DNA from: a virus
DNA length: 64,000 nt
IMG/VR virus record: IMGVR_UViG_3300023110_000006
Direction: 5' to 3' (one strand)
The position numbers and the translations under genes are program-made. The first letter of the stretch is position 1, and each line of letters opens with the position of its first letter. Below, piece by piece: positions 48,346 through 58,665 of the stretch. Below the pieces are notes generated by a model. It ran no database searches and was not told the origin of the DNA. It saw only the letters and a list, made by a program, of their open reading frames with translations.

Positions 48346-51300
48346 ATGGCTGAATTTAAACTTGGTAGAATACGTTTTATATGGAAGGACGAATGGTCTG
48401 AAAGTACAACTTATTACAAAGACGATGTAATAAGATATGGCGGTAGAACGTTTATGTGTGTTGTAGGACACATTTCGCAGACTGACTTTATGTTGGATCT
48501 AAATGATGCAACACCTAAGTGGCAACAGTTTGCAGACGGTCAAACATGGAGAGGCGATTGGGCTCCACAAACAGTTTATAAAATTAATGATATTGTAAAA
48601 TATGGCGGTCAGTTATATATTGCAAACACAGGACATATTTCAGACACAGATACTATTGGTGGATTAGAAAGTAATTTAGGAGATGACAGTACTTCAGCCT
48701 ACTGGGATCTATTTGGAGAAGGTTTTGATTACAAAGGTGACTGGACAAACGCAACTAGATATAAAGTTAACGATATTGTAAAATATGGTTCTAGAGTTTA
48801 CATATGTACAGTTTATCATGTTAGTGCGGCTGATATAGTTACTGGTTTAGAAGTTGATCAAGCTAAATGGGATGTTATTAGTGATGGTTTTGCTTGGAAA
48901 GCAGATTGGACAATTAATACAAGATATAAAGTTGGCGATTTAGTTAAGTACGGCGGTCAGGTATATAATTGTAATCAAGGACATACGTCTGCCGCAACTG
49001 CAACATTAGGACTTGAAGCTGATCAGTCTAAATGGGATTACTATCACAAAGGAATTGAATACAAAGGTGATTGGACAAGTGCAACACGCTATAAAATTAA
49101 TGACGTTGTAAAAGATTCAGGAACAATTTGGATTTGTACAACTTATCATACATCTAGTGTGTCTCCAAATTTAACAGCCGATGAGGCAAATTGGGCCGTG
49201 TTTGTTCCAGGATTAGAATTCGAGGACACTTGGGGTCCTTATTCAAATTATCAAATTGGTGATATTGTAACATACGGTGGTTACACTTATATTGCTAAAA
49301 CAAATAACTCACAACAAAAACCAGCAGAACAACCTACACACTGGGATGTTTTCATTACAGGATTTAATCTCCGCGGAGATTGGGGTGATGATTCTACTAG
49401 CCAAGATTACAGAACAGGTGACGTTGTAAGACTCGGAGGTTGGACATATCTTGCAATAGCAAATTCAAACGGCATCAAACCACCTAATACTACATATTGG
49501 GAAAAATTAAATGAAGGTGCAAGTTGGAAAGATACTTGGACAGATGCTACTGATTATAACAAAGGTGACGTAGTGCAACAAGGTGTAAATTCTTACATCT
49601 GTGTTCTTGAACATACATCAAGCAATAGTGTTAATGATCCTGCTACAGATGTTGCAGGCACTTATTGGAATTTCTTTAGTGGCGGTGCAGAATCAGGAAA
49701 TTTAACTACAGCAGGTGATATTGTTTATTATGGAGGCTCTGGTCCAGTTAGGTTACCAGCAGGAAGTCCAGGACAAGTTTTAAAAGTAAATGATGCAGGT
49801 GATGCACCAGAATGGACAAGTTTTGGTTCGATTAATCATGTATACTATGTTGACACACAAAGTGGAGTTGACAATAGAACACCTGATAGAGGTATTACGT
49901 TAGATAGACCATTCAAAACAGTAAGATTTGCTTGTGAACAAATTGAATTAGGATCTGCAAATGCTGATGATAGATATCTAATGGAAGTAAATAGAGCATT
50001 TATACAGGCAGAGACAGTAGAATGGGTTGACTATCAAATAGCAAATGCCATTGCACCTTTTACTGGTGCATTTACATACAATAAAGATAAGTGTCGTAGA
50101 GATACAGGTATTATTGTTGATGCAATAGCATGGGACATCAGTCATGGTGGTAATGTTAGATCAAGAGAATCAGCATTATCTTACTTTACTACAGGTGGTT
50201 TAAGTTATATTAGCGGACAAGAAGCTGAAACAGTAGCGGCTTTACAATATGCAGAAACTGTTATTCAAAATGTTTTAGAAAAAACTGACCCTACTAACAA
50301 TTACCAAACATTAAATTCTGTTGCAAGTCCTATTACACAGGTTAAACCAACAGGATATACTACAAATAATATAGATACTGTTGTAGCTAATTTGTTTGAT
50401 ATTATTACAGATGCAATTACAGCAGGAAATACAAATAATGTTCCAGCAGAACTTAAAGCAAACAAAACAATTTTTGTAAAAACTGGACAATACAACGAAG
50501 TACTTCCGATTATAGTACCTGAAGATACTGCGGTTGTAGGAGACGAATTACGTTCAACTAAAATATCTCCAGCAGGTAGTTTAGTAGCGGGTAGTGATGT
50601 TGCCTATAGTTTAGCATCGATAGCAAGAATAAGAGATATTGCTAGTGATATTGTAACAAACGTTTCCATTACAAAATCAGCAGGCAACGCAGAAACACAA
50701 GTTACTTCAAGACCTGCAGGTAGTGCAGGAGCAGGCACAGCGGCGGCGGCGTTATTCCAAGAAATTTATGATTATATTGATTGGGCAATCAATGGTGCGA
50801 CAGGAGATTCTACAGAACCAACTAAACGTGGTTCAAATACTCCTGAAACGTCTACAGATTACACATATGCTATTGAAGTACTTGAACAAAACAAAGATTT
50901 TATAGTAGCAGAAGTACATGCTTATATTGCTGTAACATATCCAGCTTATACATACGATATTGCGGCATGTTCTAGAGATGTAAGAGCATACATTGATGCA
51001 GTCAAATTTGATTTGAAATACACTGGTAACTATAAATCATTACTTGCGGCACTTTATTATACAAACAGTGTAGGCGGTAGTACATTAAATGATGTTTTCT
51101 TTATGAGAAATGCTACAGGACTTAGAAACTGTACACTAACAGGACTTGTTGGTAACCTTTCAGTAGCAAATGCTTACGGTACAAAACGCCCAACAGCAGG
51201 TGCTTATGTGTCACTTGACCCAGGTTGGGGTCCAACACACGAAGCAGTATGGATTAAAAACAAATCACCTTATGTACAAAACGTATCAACTTTTGGTACA

Positions 51301-53418
51301 GCATGTATTGGAATGAAAGTTGATGGAAACTTACACGACGGTGGTAATGACTCAATTGTTGCTAACGACTTTACACAAATTCTAAGTGATGGTATTGGTT
51401 ACTGGGTAACAAATCTAGGACGTTCAGAACTTGTTTCAGTGTTTACATACTACTGTCATATCGGTTATCTAGCAGAAGAAGGTGGTAAAATACGTGCTAC
51501 AAATGGTAACAATTCTTATGGTGACTTTGGTTCAGTAGCAGAAGGTATTGATCAAACTGAAGTTCCTATTTTAGGTGAAGTTGACAACCAACAATTAGAA
51601 GCACAAATAGCTTTTGTACAAACCGACGGTGCTAATGAAATTTTACAATTAGAATATTTGAATGCTGGTACTGGTTATACAGATACAAGTACAGCAATCG
51701 TAAGTATAACAAACATAGGCGGTACTGATAATCTTAGAACACCTGGAACATACAAAGGTATAGTAGGTTCTAGTGCAGGATCTGGTACTGGACAAGAATT
51801 TGATGTTACAGTAGGTAATGTTGGTGAAATAGAATTACTTACAATTATCAAAGGCGGTACAGGACATGCTCCAACAGATACTATTACTATTTCAGATAGT
51901 CTTTTAGGAGGCGGCGGAGCGGCTGACTTAACATTTGATGTTGATACCATAGGAGCGGCAACTAGATATACACTAGCTGGTGAAGGTTTTGGAGCGGCAG
52001 TAAGTGGTGTTACAGTTAGAAATGGTGGTGTATTTGAAGTACAACTTGAAGAAGATTCAACAGTGTACGGTGGAGATGGTTTTGTAACTACTGCATCAAA
52101 TGCACAAGCAGGTAATACAACGCAAATTACACTAGCGGCAACTGATGTACAACCTACAGGAGCATACAACGGAATGATGATCTATCTAGTCAGTGGACTA
52201 GGTGCAGGTCAATACGGTGTAATTGATACTTTTGATGCGGCAACAAAAATTGCTACTATAACAAAAGAATCAGATGGTACACCGGGATGGGAACATATTA
52301 TTGGTAACGCTATTGAAGCAACACTTGATGCAACATCTGCATATGATATTACACCAAGAGTAATTTTTGATGCTCCATCTAGCGGTACAAGAGCAAGAGG
52401 TCGTGCAAGAGTTGCAGACGAAAAAGTTGTTGAAGTCAAAATAATCGAACCAGGAAGTGGATATAGTTCACCTCCACAAATGACTATTATTGATCCAAAT
52501 TCTACAGTTCTTGTTCCTCACACTGTAAGAATAGGAAACGGAGTTTTAGGACAGCCTACATTCTCTAACAGAGGTACAGGATTTGTTACAGCAAGTGCAG
52601 AAGTTGTTGGTGACGGTTTTGCAGATATTAGACAATTAGGAACAAAAATAAGAGTTGATAATTTAGGTAGTATACCACAAAAAGGTGCAAATGTTGAATT
52701 TGCAAGTTTACCTAACAGATGGTTTAAACTAGTGTCAATTACAAACTTAACAGGTAATAGTCCTTATCAAGCTCTACTACAAATTAGTCCTGCATTAGAA
52801 GCAGACGAAAGACCACCACATCAAGATCAAATTACAATTAGACGTAGATATTCACAAGTTCGTTTAACTGGACACGATTTCCTTGATATTGGTACTGGTA
52901 ACTTTACACAAACAAATTATCCAGGAGATCCATTATCAGCTCCTCAACCTGATAGAGAAACTAATGATTTCGGTGGAGGAAGAGTATTCTATACATCCAC
53001 TGACCAAGATGGTAACTTTAGAGTTGGTGGATTGTTTAATGTTGAACAGGCAACTGGTATTGCAACATTGAACGTTGAAGCGTTTAACATTTCAGGTTTG
53101 AACGAGCTACAACTGGGTAGTGTGGCACTTGGTGGAGCAGGAGCAGTAATTACTGAATTTAGCACTGACGGAACGTTTAGTGCAGACTCGGACAGTATTG
53201 TTCCTACACAAAAGGCTATTAAAACTTACATCACATCACAAATTGGTGGTGGTGTTGCTACATTGAATGTGAACAGTGTAACAGCAGGTGTGGTTGAAAT
53301 TACAGGAGATCAAATTTCAACAACGTCCGGCGGTAAGATAAATATAGAAAACACAGTAAACTTTAAAGGCGGCATAGATGGTGCACCAGTAGCACTACAA
53401 ATGTTCCTACTAAACTAA
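48346..53418 (+). CDS. Large virion fibre protein D, paralog of C (1690 aa)
   Basis: Same CBM-like repeats and shared SPYVQNV/ANDFTQILSDGIG/STDQDGNFRVG core; contains KCRRD/ACSRD helical inserts; TAAATA at 48319-48324. Confidence 0.7.
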   Translation: MAEFKLGRIRFIWKDEWSESTTYYKDDVIRYGGRTFMCVVGHISQTDFMLDLNDATPKWQQFADGQTWRGDWAPQTVYKINDIVKYGGQLYIANTGHISDTDTIGGLESNLGDDSTSAYWDLFGEGFDYKGDWTNATRYKVNDIVKYGSRVYICTVYHVSAADIVTGLEVDQAKWDVISDGFAWKADWTINTRYKVGDLVKYGGQVYNCNQGHTSAATATLGLEADQSKWDYYHKGIEYKGDWTSATRYKINDVVKDSGTIWICTTYHTSSVSPNLTADEANWAVFVPGLEFEDTWGPYSNYQIGDIVTYGGYTYIAKTNNSQQKPAEQPTHWDVFITGFNLRGDWGDDSTSQDYRTGDVVRLGGWTYLAIANSNGIKPPNTTYWEKLNEGASWKDTWTDATDYNKGDVVQQGVNSYICVLEHTSSNSVNDPATDVAGTYWNFFSGGAESGNLTTAGDIVYYGGSGPVRLPAGSPGQVLKVNDAGDAPEWTSFGSINHVYYVDTQSGVDNRTPDRGITLDRPFKTVRFACEQIELGSANADDRYLMEVNRAFIQAETVEWVDYQIANAIAPFTGAFTYNKDKCRRDTGIIVDAIAWDISHGGNVRSRESALSYFTTGGLSYISGQEAETVAALQYAETVIQNVLEKTDPTNNYQTLNSVASPITQVKPTGYTTNNIDTVVANLFDIITDAITAGNTNNVPAELKANKTIFVKTGQYNEVLPIIVPEDTAVVGDELRSTKISPAGSLVAGSDVAYSLASIARIRDIASDIVTNVSITKSAGNAETQVTSRPAGSAGAGTAAAALFQEIYDYIDWAINGATGDSTEPTKRGSNTPETSTDYTYAIEVLEQNKDFIVAEVHAYIAVTYPAYTYDIAACSRDVRAYIDAVKFDLKYTGNYKSLLAALYYTNSVGGSTLNDVFFMRNATGLRNCTLTGLVGNLSVANAYGTKRPTAGAYVSLDPGWGPTHEAVWIKNKSPYVQNVSTFGTACIGMKVDGNLHDGGNDSIVANDFTQILSDGIGYWVTNLGRSELVSVFTYYCHIGYLAEEGGKIRATNGNNSYGDFGSVAEGIDQTEVPILGEVDNQQLEAQIAFVQTDGANEILQLEYLNAGTGYTDTSTAIVSITNIGGTDNLRTPGTYKGIVGSSAGSGTGQEFDVTVGNVGEIELLTIIKGGTGHAPTDTITISDSLLGGGGAADLTFDVDTIGAATRYTLAGEGFGAAVSGVTVRNGGVFEVQLEEDSTVYGGDGFVTTASNAQAGNTTQITLAATDVQPTGAYNGMMIYLVSGLGAGQYGVIDTFDAATKIATITKESDGTPGWEHIIGNAIEATLDATSAYDITPRVIFDAPSSGTRARGRARVADEKVVEVKIIEPGSGYSSPPQMTIIDPNSTVLVPHTVRIGNGVLGQPTFSNRGTGFVTASAEVVGDGFADIRQLGTKIRVDNLGSIPQKGANVEFASLPNRWFKLVSITNLTGNSPYQALLQISPALEADERPPHQDQITIRRRYSQVRLTGHDFLDIGTGNFTQTNYPGDPLSAPQPDRETNDFGGGRVFYTSTDQDGNFRVGGLFNVEQATGIATLNVEAFNISGLNELQLGSVALGGAGAVITEFSTDGTFSADSDSIVPTQKAIKTYITSQIGGGVATLNVNSVTAGVVEITGDQISTTSGGKINIENTVNFKGGIDGAPVALQMFLLN

Positions 53419-53431
53419 CGGAGACAAAAAA

Positions 53432-53752
53432 ATGGCAACAGGAAGAATAGGAGCGGCGGATTTAGCAAGTGGTACAAATACTACCGTATATACGTGTCCA
53501 GCAGATACGTATACTGTAGCAAGTGTTAACATCTGCAATAGAGGTAACCAAGCTACCGCTGTAAGAGTGGCTGTAGCGGCCGCTGATGTTCCAATAAACA
53601 GCGAATATATAGAATATAACACTGAAATATTATCAAAAGGTGTTTTAGAACGTACAGGTATAGTACTAGCGGCTGGGCAAAAAATTGTAGTTTATAGCTC
53701 AAGCGCAAATATATCGGCAGTAGCTATGGGGATAGAAACCTCAACGGCATAA
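53432..53752 (+). CDS. Small structural protein (paralog family)
   Basis: VYTCP...VNICNR...LERTGIVL pattern. Confidence 0.65.
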   Translation: MATGRIGAADLASGTNTTVYTCPADTYTVASVNICNRGNQATAVRVAVAAADVPINSEYIEYNTEILSKGVLERTGIVLAAGQKIVVYSSSANISAVAMGIETSTA

Positions 53753-53776
53753 ATACAATAGGAGAAGGATAAAACC

Positions 53777-54109
53777 ATGGGAAGATACATAACAACAACT
53801 GGTACTGCTGGGGTTACTACCAAGACAGTCAGTGGAAGCGTAGACGCTGTAGTTAATGACAGACTTTTAGTTGATACATCAGGCGGCGCTTATACAGTCA
53901 CGTTACCGGCAAACGCAACTTTACTTGTTGATGACACAATACAAATTATTGATATTGCAAACAACGCGGCAAGTAATAATATTACTGTTGCTCGTAACGG
54001 AAGTGAAATTAACGACGCGGCAGACAATCTAACAATTGATGTTAACGGTGCTATTGTAACTTTGATTTACAGTGGATCAACATACGGTTGGATCGTTGGC
54101 GCAGTATAA
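53777..54109 (+). CDS. Small fibre/baseplate trimerisation-like domain protein
   Basis: VDTSGGAYTVTLPA...ITVARNGSEI...LIY...GW motif typical of T4 gp9/gp10 or proximal fibre domains. Confidence 0.6.
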   Translation: MGRYITTTGTAGVTTKTVSGSVDAVVNDRLLVDTSGGAYTVTLPANATLLVDDTIQIIDIANNAASNNITVARNGSEINDAADNLTIDVNGAIVTLIYSGSTYGWIVGAV

Positions 54110-54131
54110 TAGATAGTAAAGGAAAGTAGAT

Positions 54132-55088
54132 ATGGCATCATTAGAAGCGTTATTAAAAGCTAAGATACCCGCAGGTACAGAAGACAACCTTGAAACGGGG
54201 CGTATCTACAGTTTTACTGAGGGTAACACTTATACAAAATTTTGTAAACAAATTTGTTGGTGTCCAAATAGTAATGGTACAGCAATAATTGAAATTTGGG
54301 GTGCTGGTGGTTCCGGTGCAAAAATGTGTTGTTGCGGTGGAGGAATTCCAGGTAATTCAGGATCATATTCAAGAAAAGAAATTTCTATGAGTTCGAGCAA
54401 TACTATTACGGGTTGTACAGGATTTGCTTGTGGTAATTCTGATGCACTATGTTTTAGAGGTTGTTCAGAACCTACAATGATTTGTTGGTTTAGTACAACT
54501 AGTAATGGTTGTATGTGTGCTAGAGGTGGTAAAGGTGGTGTAAGTATTTGTTCAACGTCTCCGAGCATGTACTGTTGCTTTAGAGCAAACGGATTTTGTT
54601 ACACTAACACAGGACCAAACTGCGGAACAATTTGTAATCAGTGTACAGGACAATGGGACGCTATTGCATATGGCGGTGATATTAACAGATGCGGAAATAT
54701 AGGGTGTATGGGATTCCATGGTTGCTATCCACAATGTATTTGTCTGTTTAGATCATTTGTTGCATTTCCTCCGGGCATGATTGCAGAATGTGGTGGATTT
54801 GTATCCTACGGAATGGCAGGTGATTCAGCTCACGCTCGTTGGTCAGGAGGTGGTCAACTAGAAGCTATTGCAATGATTAACGGAGCAGGTAAATCACCAG
54901 GACACGGTATTCCTTGGAAGGGTTGTTATAGAAGTGATACAAGCTGTGGCTGTTACAATACAAACGGATGTATGAGTACATTGCCATACGGTGTTGGTGG
55001 TCCTGGACCTCAACCATGCCCAGGTGTGAGAGATCATGCTACCAGAGGTGGTATGGGAGCATTAAGAATTAAGTTTATAGAATCGTAG
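54132..55088 (+). CDS. Cys/Gly-rich protein, paralog 2 (318 aa)
   Basis: Colinear with paralog 1; WGAGGSGAKMCCC. Confidence 0.75.
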   Translation: MASLEALLKAKIPAGTEDNLETGRIYSFTEGNTYTKFCKQICWCPNSNGTAIIEIWGAGGSGAKMCCCGGGIPGNSGSYSRKEISMSSSNTITGCTGFACGNSDALCFRGCSEPTMICWFSTTSNGCMCARGGKGGVSICSTSPSMYCCFRANGFCYTNTGPNCGTICNQCTGQWDAIAYGGDINRCGNIGCMGFHGCYPQCICLFRSFVAFPPGMIAECGGFVSYGMAGDSAHARWSGGGQLEAIAMINGAGKSPGHGIPWKGCYRSDTSCGCYNTNGCMSTLPYGVGGPGPQPCPGVRDHATRGGMGALRIKFIES

Positions 55089-55097
55089 AGGTAAGAA

Positions 55098-56054
55098 ATG
55101 GCAAGTTTAAAAAGTATTTTAGTATCCAGAAGTGGAACAAGTCAAGAAGAAAACATCGAAAAAGGAAAGGTGTTTGCTTATTCAACGGTTGCTTCTTATA
55201 CTACATACCCAGGATGTTTTTGTTGGATTTCTCCAGGAACAGGTGACGTAGAAATTGAAGTTATTGGTGCAGGCGGATCAGGATCTAGAATGTGCTGTTG
55301 TTCAGCAACCATTTCAGGAAACTCAGGTGCATATGCCAAAAAAGCAATTACAGTAGCGGCAGGATGCTGGATTTGTGGACATGCTGGAAAGAGTTGTAGA
55401 AATAATTCACTTTGCCATAGAGGATGTTCAGAACCTGGCAGGGTATGTTGGCAAGGTAACAGCGGATCAAATGGCTGTATGTGTGCTCAAGGCGGTTGGT
55501 CAGGAGCAAGTTGGTGTACAACTGGTACAGCACGTAGATGCTGTTTTGCGGCAAACTCATGGTGTAATACATCATACAACGGTTACTGCGGTATTGTTTG
55601 TAACAGATGTACAAATAGTTGGTGTAACCAGGCTTACGGTGGAGATGTAAACAGAGATGGCGTACTTAGTTGTGTAACATTTTGGCACTGCTATCCAAAC
55701 TGTAACTGTTCAACTATTCATCATACTGCACTTCCTCCAGGAATGTTTAGTGAGTGCGGCGGTGTAGCATCATATTCAATGGACAGTGATAATGGACACG
55801 CTCAATGGTCCGGTATGGCACTTAATGGCTATATCAATGCACTAAATAGTTTGTCGAGAATGCCAGGTTCAGGTACTTTATGGTCTGAATGTTGGGATGG
55901 AAACAGACAGTGTCAGTGTTATGACACACAAGGTTGTTCAATGTTTGTACCACACGGTTCAGGTGGTCCAGCGGCGAGTCCATGTAGCGGTGTTCGCGAC
56001 AATGGTTGGGCAGGCGGCGATGCCTTAATTAGAATCAAATATGTAGAAAGTTAA
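55098..56054 (+). CDS. Cys/Gly-rich protein, paralog 3 (318 aa)
   Basis: Colinear with paralogs 1 and 2; IGAGGSGSRMCCC. Confidence 0.75.
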   Translation: MASLKSILVSRSGTSQEENIEKGKVFAYSTVASYTTYPGCFCWISPGTGDVEIEVIGAGGSGSRMCCCSATISGNSGAYAKKAITVAAGCWICGHAGKSCRNNSLCHRGCSEPGRVCWQGNSGSNGCMCAQGGWSGASWCTTGTARRCCFAANSWCNTSYNGYCGIVCNRCTNSWCNQAYGGDVNRDGVLSCVTFWHCYPNCNCSTIHHTALPPGMFSECGGVASYSMDSDNGHAQWSGMALNGYINALNSLSRMPGSGTLWSECWDGNRQCQCYDTQGCSMFVPHGSGGPAASPCSGVRDNGWAGGDALIRIKYVES

Positions 56055-56068
56055 ATGGAGATAGAGAA

Positions 56069-56764
56069 ATGCCTATTAGAAAAACAATAACAGTTGCTTA
56101 TCCAGACGAACCGTACAAAACAACAACGGACGCTGGTAAGACATTTGAAATGACCTATACAGGTCCGAGATACATTCTTTGTCAAGTAGACAGAGATGAT
56201 GATCAAGTAAGAGAAGCTGGCAGAGGTGACAAAGCTGATGCGAAAGAACTTGATCCAGCAGGATACGAGCAGGATGATTATGATTATATCGTAATTGATG
56301 CTTCAGAAAGCGATGCAATGTGCCTAAGAGCGGCATATATGACAGACGAATATGAACATGCTGATATTGCTGATTATGAAGAAACTATTACAGATGCAAA
56401 CGGAGATACATCTACGTATAACCACATATACGAAGGTACTACTGGAATGCTACCAAACATTTATTGGGCAGACAGCTTGTATTACAATCATGAAACAAGC
56501 ACATGGTCAGGTCCAAACTTTAGAGAACATGTAAATTCAAGAGAAAGCACAGTACAAAGCTACGCAAATATTGCGGCGTGTATGAGACGTGCTTTAGCAG
56601 ATTCTAACCAAACATTTACAGATGAAGAGCGTACACTAATGACTAATCATTGTACTTGGTTGGAAAATGTTGACACATTGTATGCTGGTATTAATCACTG
56701 GAAATGGCCTTTCCCAGAAACAGTAATGCCATACTACTTTGATCCAGACACAGATACAGCATAA
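56069..56764 (+). CDS. Acidic protein, possible fibre-assembly chaperone
   Basis: Follows the Cys-rich pair; C-terminal W-x-FP motif reminiscent of tail fibre assembly proteins. Confidence 0.45.
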   Translation: MPIRKTITVAYPDEPYKTTTDAGKTFEMTYTGPRYILCQVDRDDDQVREAGRGDKADAKELDPAGYEQDDYDYIVIDASESDAMCLRAAYMTDEYEHADIADYEETITDANGDTSTYNHIYEGTTGMLPNIYWADSLYYNHETSTWSGPNFREHVNSRESTVQSYANIAACMRRALADSNQTFTDEERTLMTNHCTWLENVDTLYAGINHWKWPFPETVMPYYFDPDTDTA

Positions 56765-56789
56765 TTTAAAAATTTCTCTATCCAATATT

Positions 56790-56839
56790 AACCGGACTTA
56801 ACCTATATTAAGAATATATACTGTTGAGTCCGGTTTTTT
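56790..56839 (+). terminator. Rho-independent terminator with extended stem
   Basis: AACCGGACTTAAC/GTTGAGTCCGGTT with inner TATATT/AATATA, followed by a T-run. Confidence 0.7.
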
Positions 56840-56856
56840 AATGGAGAAAATTTAAT

Positions 56857-57807
56857 ATGACAAAAAGATCAAAAGCCTTTTTCTTAAACGGAGGTGCTGG
56901 CCGTATGCTTTGTTCAATACCAGCATTAGAACTATACGCCAAAGAATCAGGTGATGATGATTTTGTAATTGTATGCGAAGGCGGTACAGATATGTTTAAA
57001 GGTCATCCTGTACTACATGAAAAAGCATACGATCCTTGGCATAAAAATTTATTTAAAGATGTCATAAAACACAGACAAGTTGTTAATCCAGAACCATACC
57101 AAGTGTGGGAATACTATAATCAAAAATGTAGTTTGGCACAAGCGTTTGATATTATTTTAAACAATAAAGGTGTTAGAGAATTACCTAAGCCATACTTAAA
57201 GTTAAGTAAAGATGAATTACTGGTAGGTAGAAAACTAGTAAATGAAGTTAAAGAAAAATTAAAGAAAGATAAAATTATAGTTTTCCAACCTTTTGGTAGA
57301 GGAATTGAGATAATAGACGATACACCTATTGACCATACAGCAAGAAGTTTTGAATTTAAAGATGTAAAAAAATTATTAAAAATCTTAGAAAAAGATTATG
57401 GCATAGTAATGATGAGTGAATTAAAAATAGAACTCAAAGGCGAGGGACTTAAACACGAGGTAGCTATGCCTGAAGGTTTAAGTTTAAGACAATGGGTTGG
57501 ATTAATAAAATTTGCAGATCATTTTTTAGGATGTGACAGCGTAGGACAACATTTATCGTATGCAGTTGATACACCAACTACAGCAGTAATAGGAAGTACT
57601 TTTCCTATAAATGTAAGTTATCCTAATCAAGAAACATTAAAAATTGTAGATCTAGGAATGAATGATAGGATATACGATCCTATTAGAATTACTATGGATG
57701 AAGGTACTACAAGACATAATGAAAATATAATGGCTATGAATGATGAAATTATTAAATATCTAGTAGGCGTTATCAACCGAGAAATAGATCCTGACAAAGA
57801 AAAATGA
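56857..57807 (+). CDS. Glycosyltransferase, GT9 (heptosyltransferase)-like
   Basis: GGAGRMLCSIPAL N-terminus and LRQWVGLIKFADHFLGCDSVGQHL motif. Confidence 0.65.
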   Translation: MTKRSKAFFLNGGAGRMLCSIPALELYAKESGDDDFVIVCEGGTDMFKGHPVLHEKAYDPWHKNLFKDVIKHRQVVNPEPYQVWEYYNQKCSLAQAFDIILNNKGVRELPKPYLKLSKDELLVGRKLVNEVKEKLKKDKIIVFQPFGRGIEIIDDTPIDHTARSFEFKDVKKLLKILEKDYGIVMMSELKIELKGEGLKHEVAMPEGLSLRQWVGLIKFADHFLGCDSVGQHLSYAVDTPTTAVIGSTFPINVSYPNQETLKIVDLGMNDRIYDPIRITMDEGTTRHNENIMAMNDEIIKYLVGVINREIDPDKEK

Positions 57808-58664
57808 AACGCTTATTTTCAATAGGTTGCTCATTTACAAATTATGCATGGCCTACATGGGCTGATATGTTAGGTAATCACTTTGACCATTATGAAAATT
57901 GGGCATTTGCAGGTTTAGGCAATACTGCTATTGCAGAACGTCTTGCAGAATTACATGCTAGAGAAAATCTAACACAAAATGATACTGTTGTAATTCAATG
58001 GACAAGTCATTTAAGACATGACTGGCATACTAATGATCAACGACACGAAGTAGCAAAAGGTATTGGTTGGAAAACTTCTGGTAGTATTTTTAATTATATT
58101 AATCAAGATATTTTTGATAGACGCTGGATAGAAACATTTTGGGACGAAAATAGTTATATGATGCACACTTGTAATCATATACTCTTAGCTCAAAATTTTT
58201 TGCGTAGTATAGGTTGTACTTGGCGTATGACTAGTATGGGATATATCCATAAAATGAATAGTGATTATCCAGTAGACGAACATGGAGAAAAAACACCGCA
58301 GTCTAACTTATGGAAAGATGTACCTTCTTTGAAAATATACCAAAAAATATTTGAAAATAAAAAAGACTGGATTATACCTATTGGAACTTTTGCATGGAAC
58401 CATAGTACACCACCTTATAAATTTAAAAGCCATAATAGTCCTACATTTACAGATGATAAACATCCCACAGTATTACAACATGCAGACTATGTTAAAACAC
58501 ATGTACTACCTAGTTTAGGCATGAACCAGAATCTAGCCGAGAAAACAAAAAATTGGATAGATAATGTAAACAACTTATATGAAAACAGTCATAAAGATTT
58601 TGATTACTTTTGTGAAAGTGTAGATAAAACTTTAGACTGGAGAACAGATTACAGAGGATTTTAA
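57804..58664 (+). CDS. SGNH-hydrolase/acyltransferase-like protein
   Basis: GCSFT, G-x-GN, QWT...R-x-D and D-x-HP motifs. Confidence 0.55.
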   Translation: MKRLFSIGCSFTNYAWPTWADMLGNHFDHYENWAFAGLGNTAIAERLAELHARENLTQNDTVVIQWTSHLRHDWHTNDQRHEVAKGIGWKTSGSIFNYINQDIFDRRWIETFWDENSYMMHTCNHILLAQNFLRSIGCTWRMTSMGYIHKMNSDYPVDEHGEKTPQSNLWKDVPSLKIYQKIFENKKDWIIPIGTFAWNHSTPPYKFKSHNSPTFTDDKHPTVLQHADYVKTHVLPSLGMNQNLAEKTKNWIDNVNNLYENSHKDFDYFCESVDKTLDWRTDYRGF

Positions 58665-58665
58665 T

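Noticed and set aside
32868-53418. Diversity-generating retroelement template/variable repeats among the paralogous fibres
   Set aside because: Differences look synonymous and general rather than adenine-specific, and there is no reverse transcriptase in the window.
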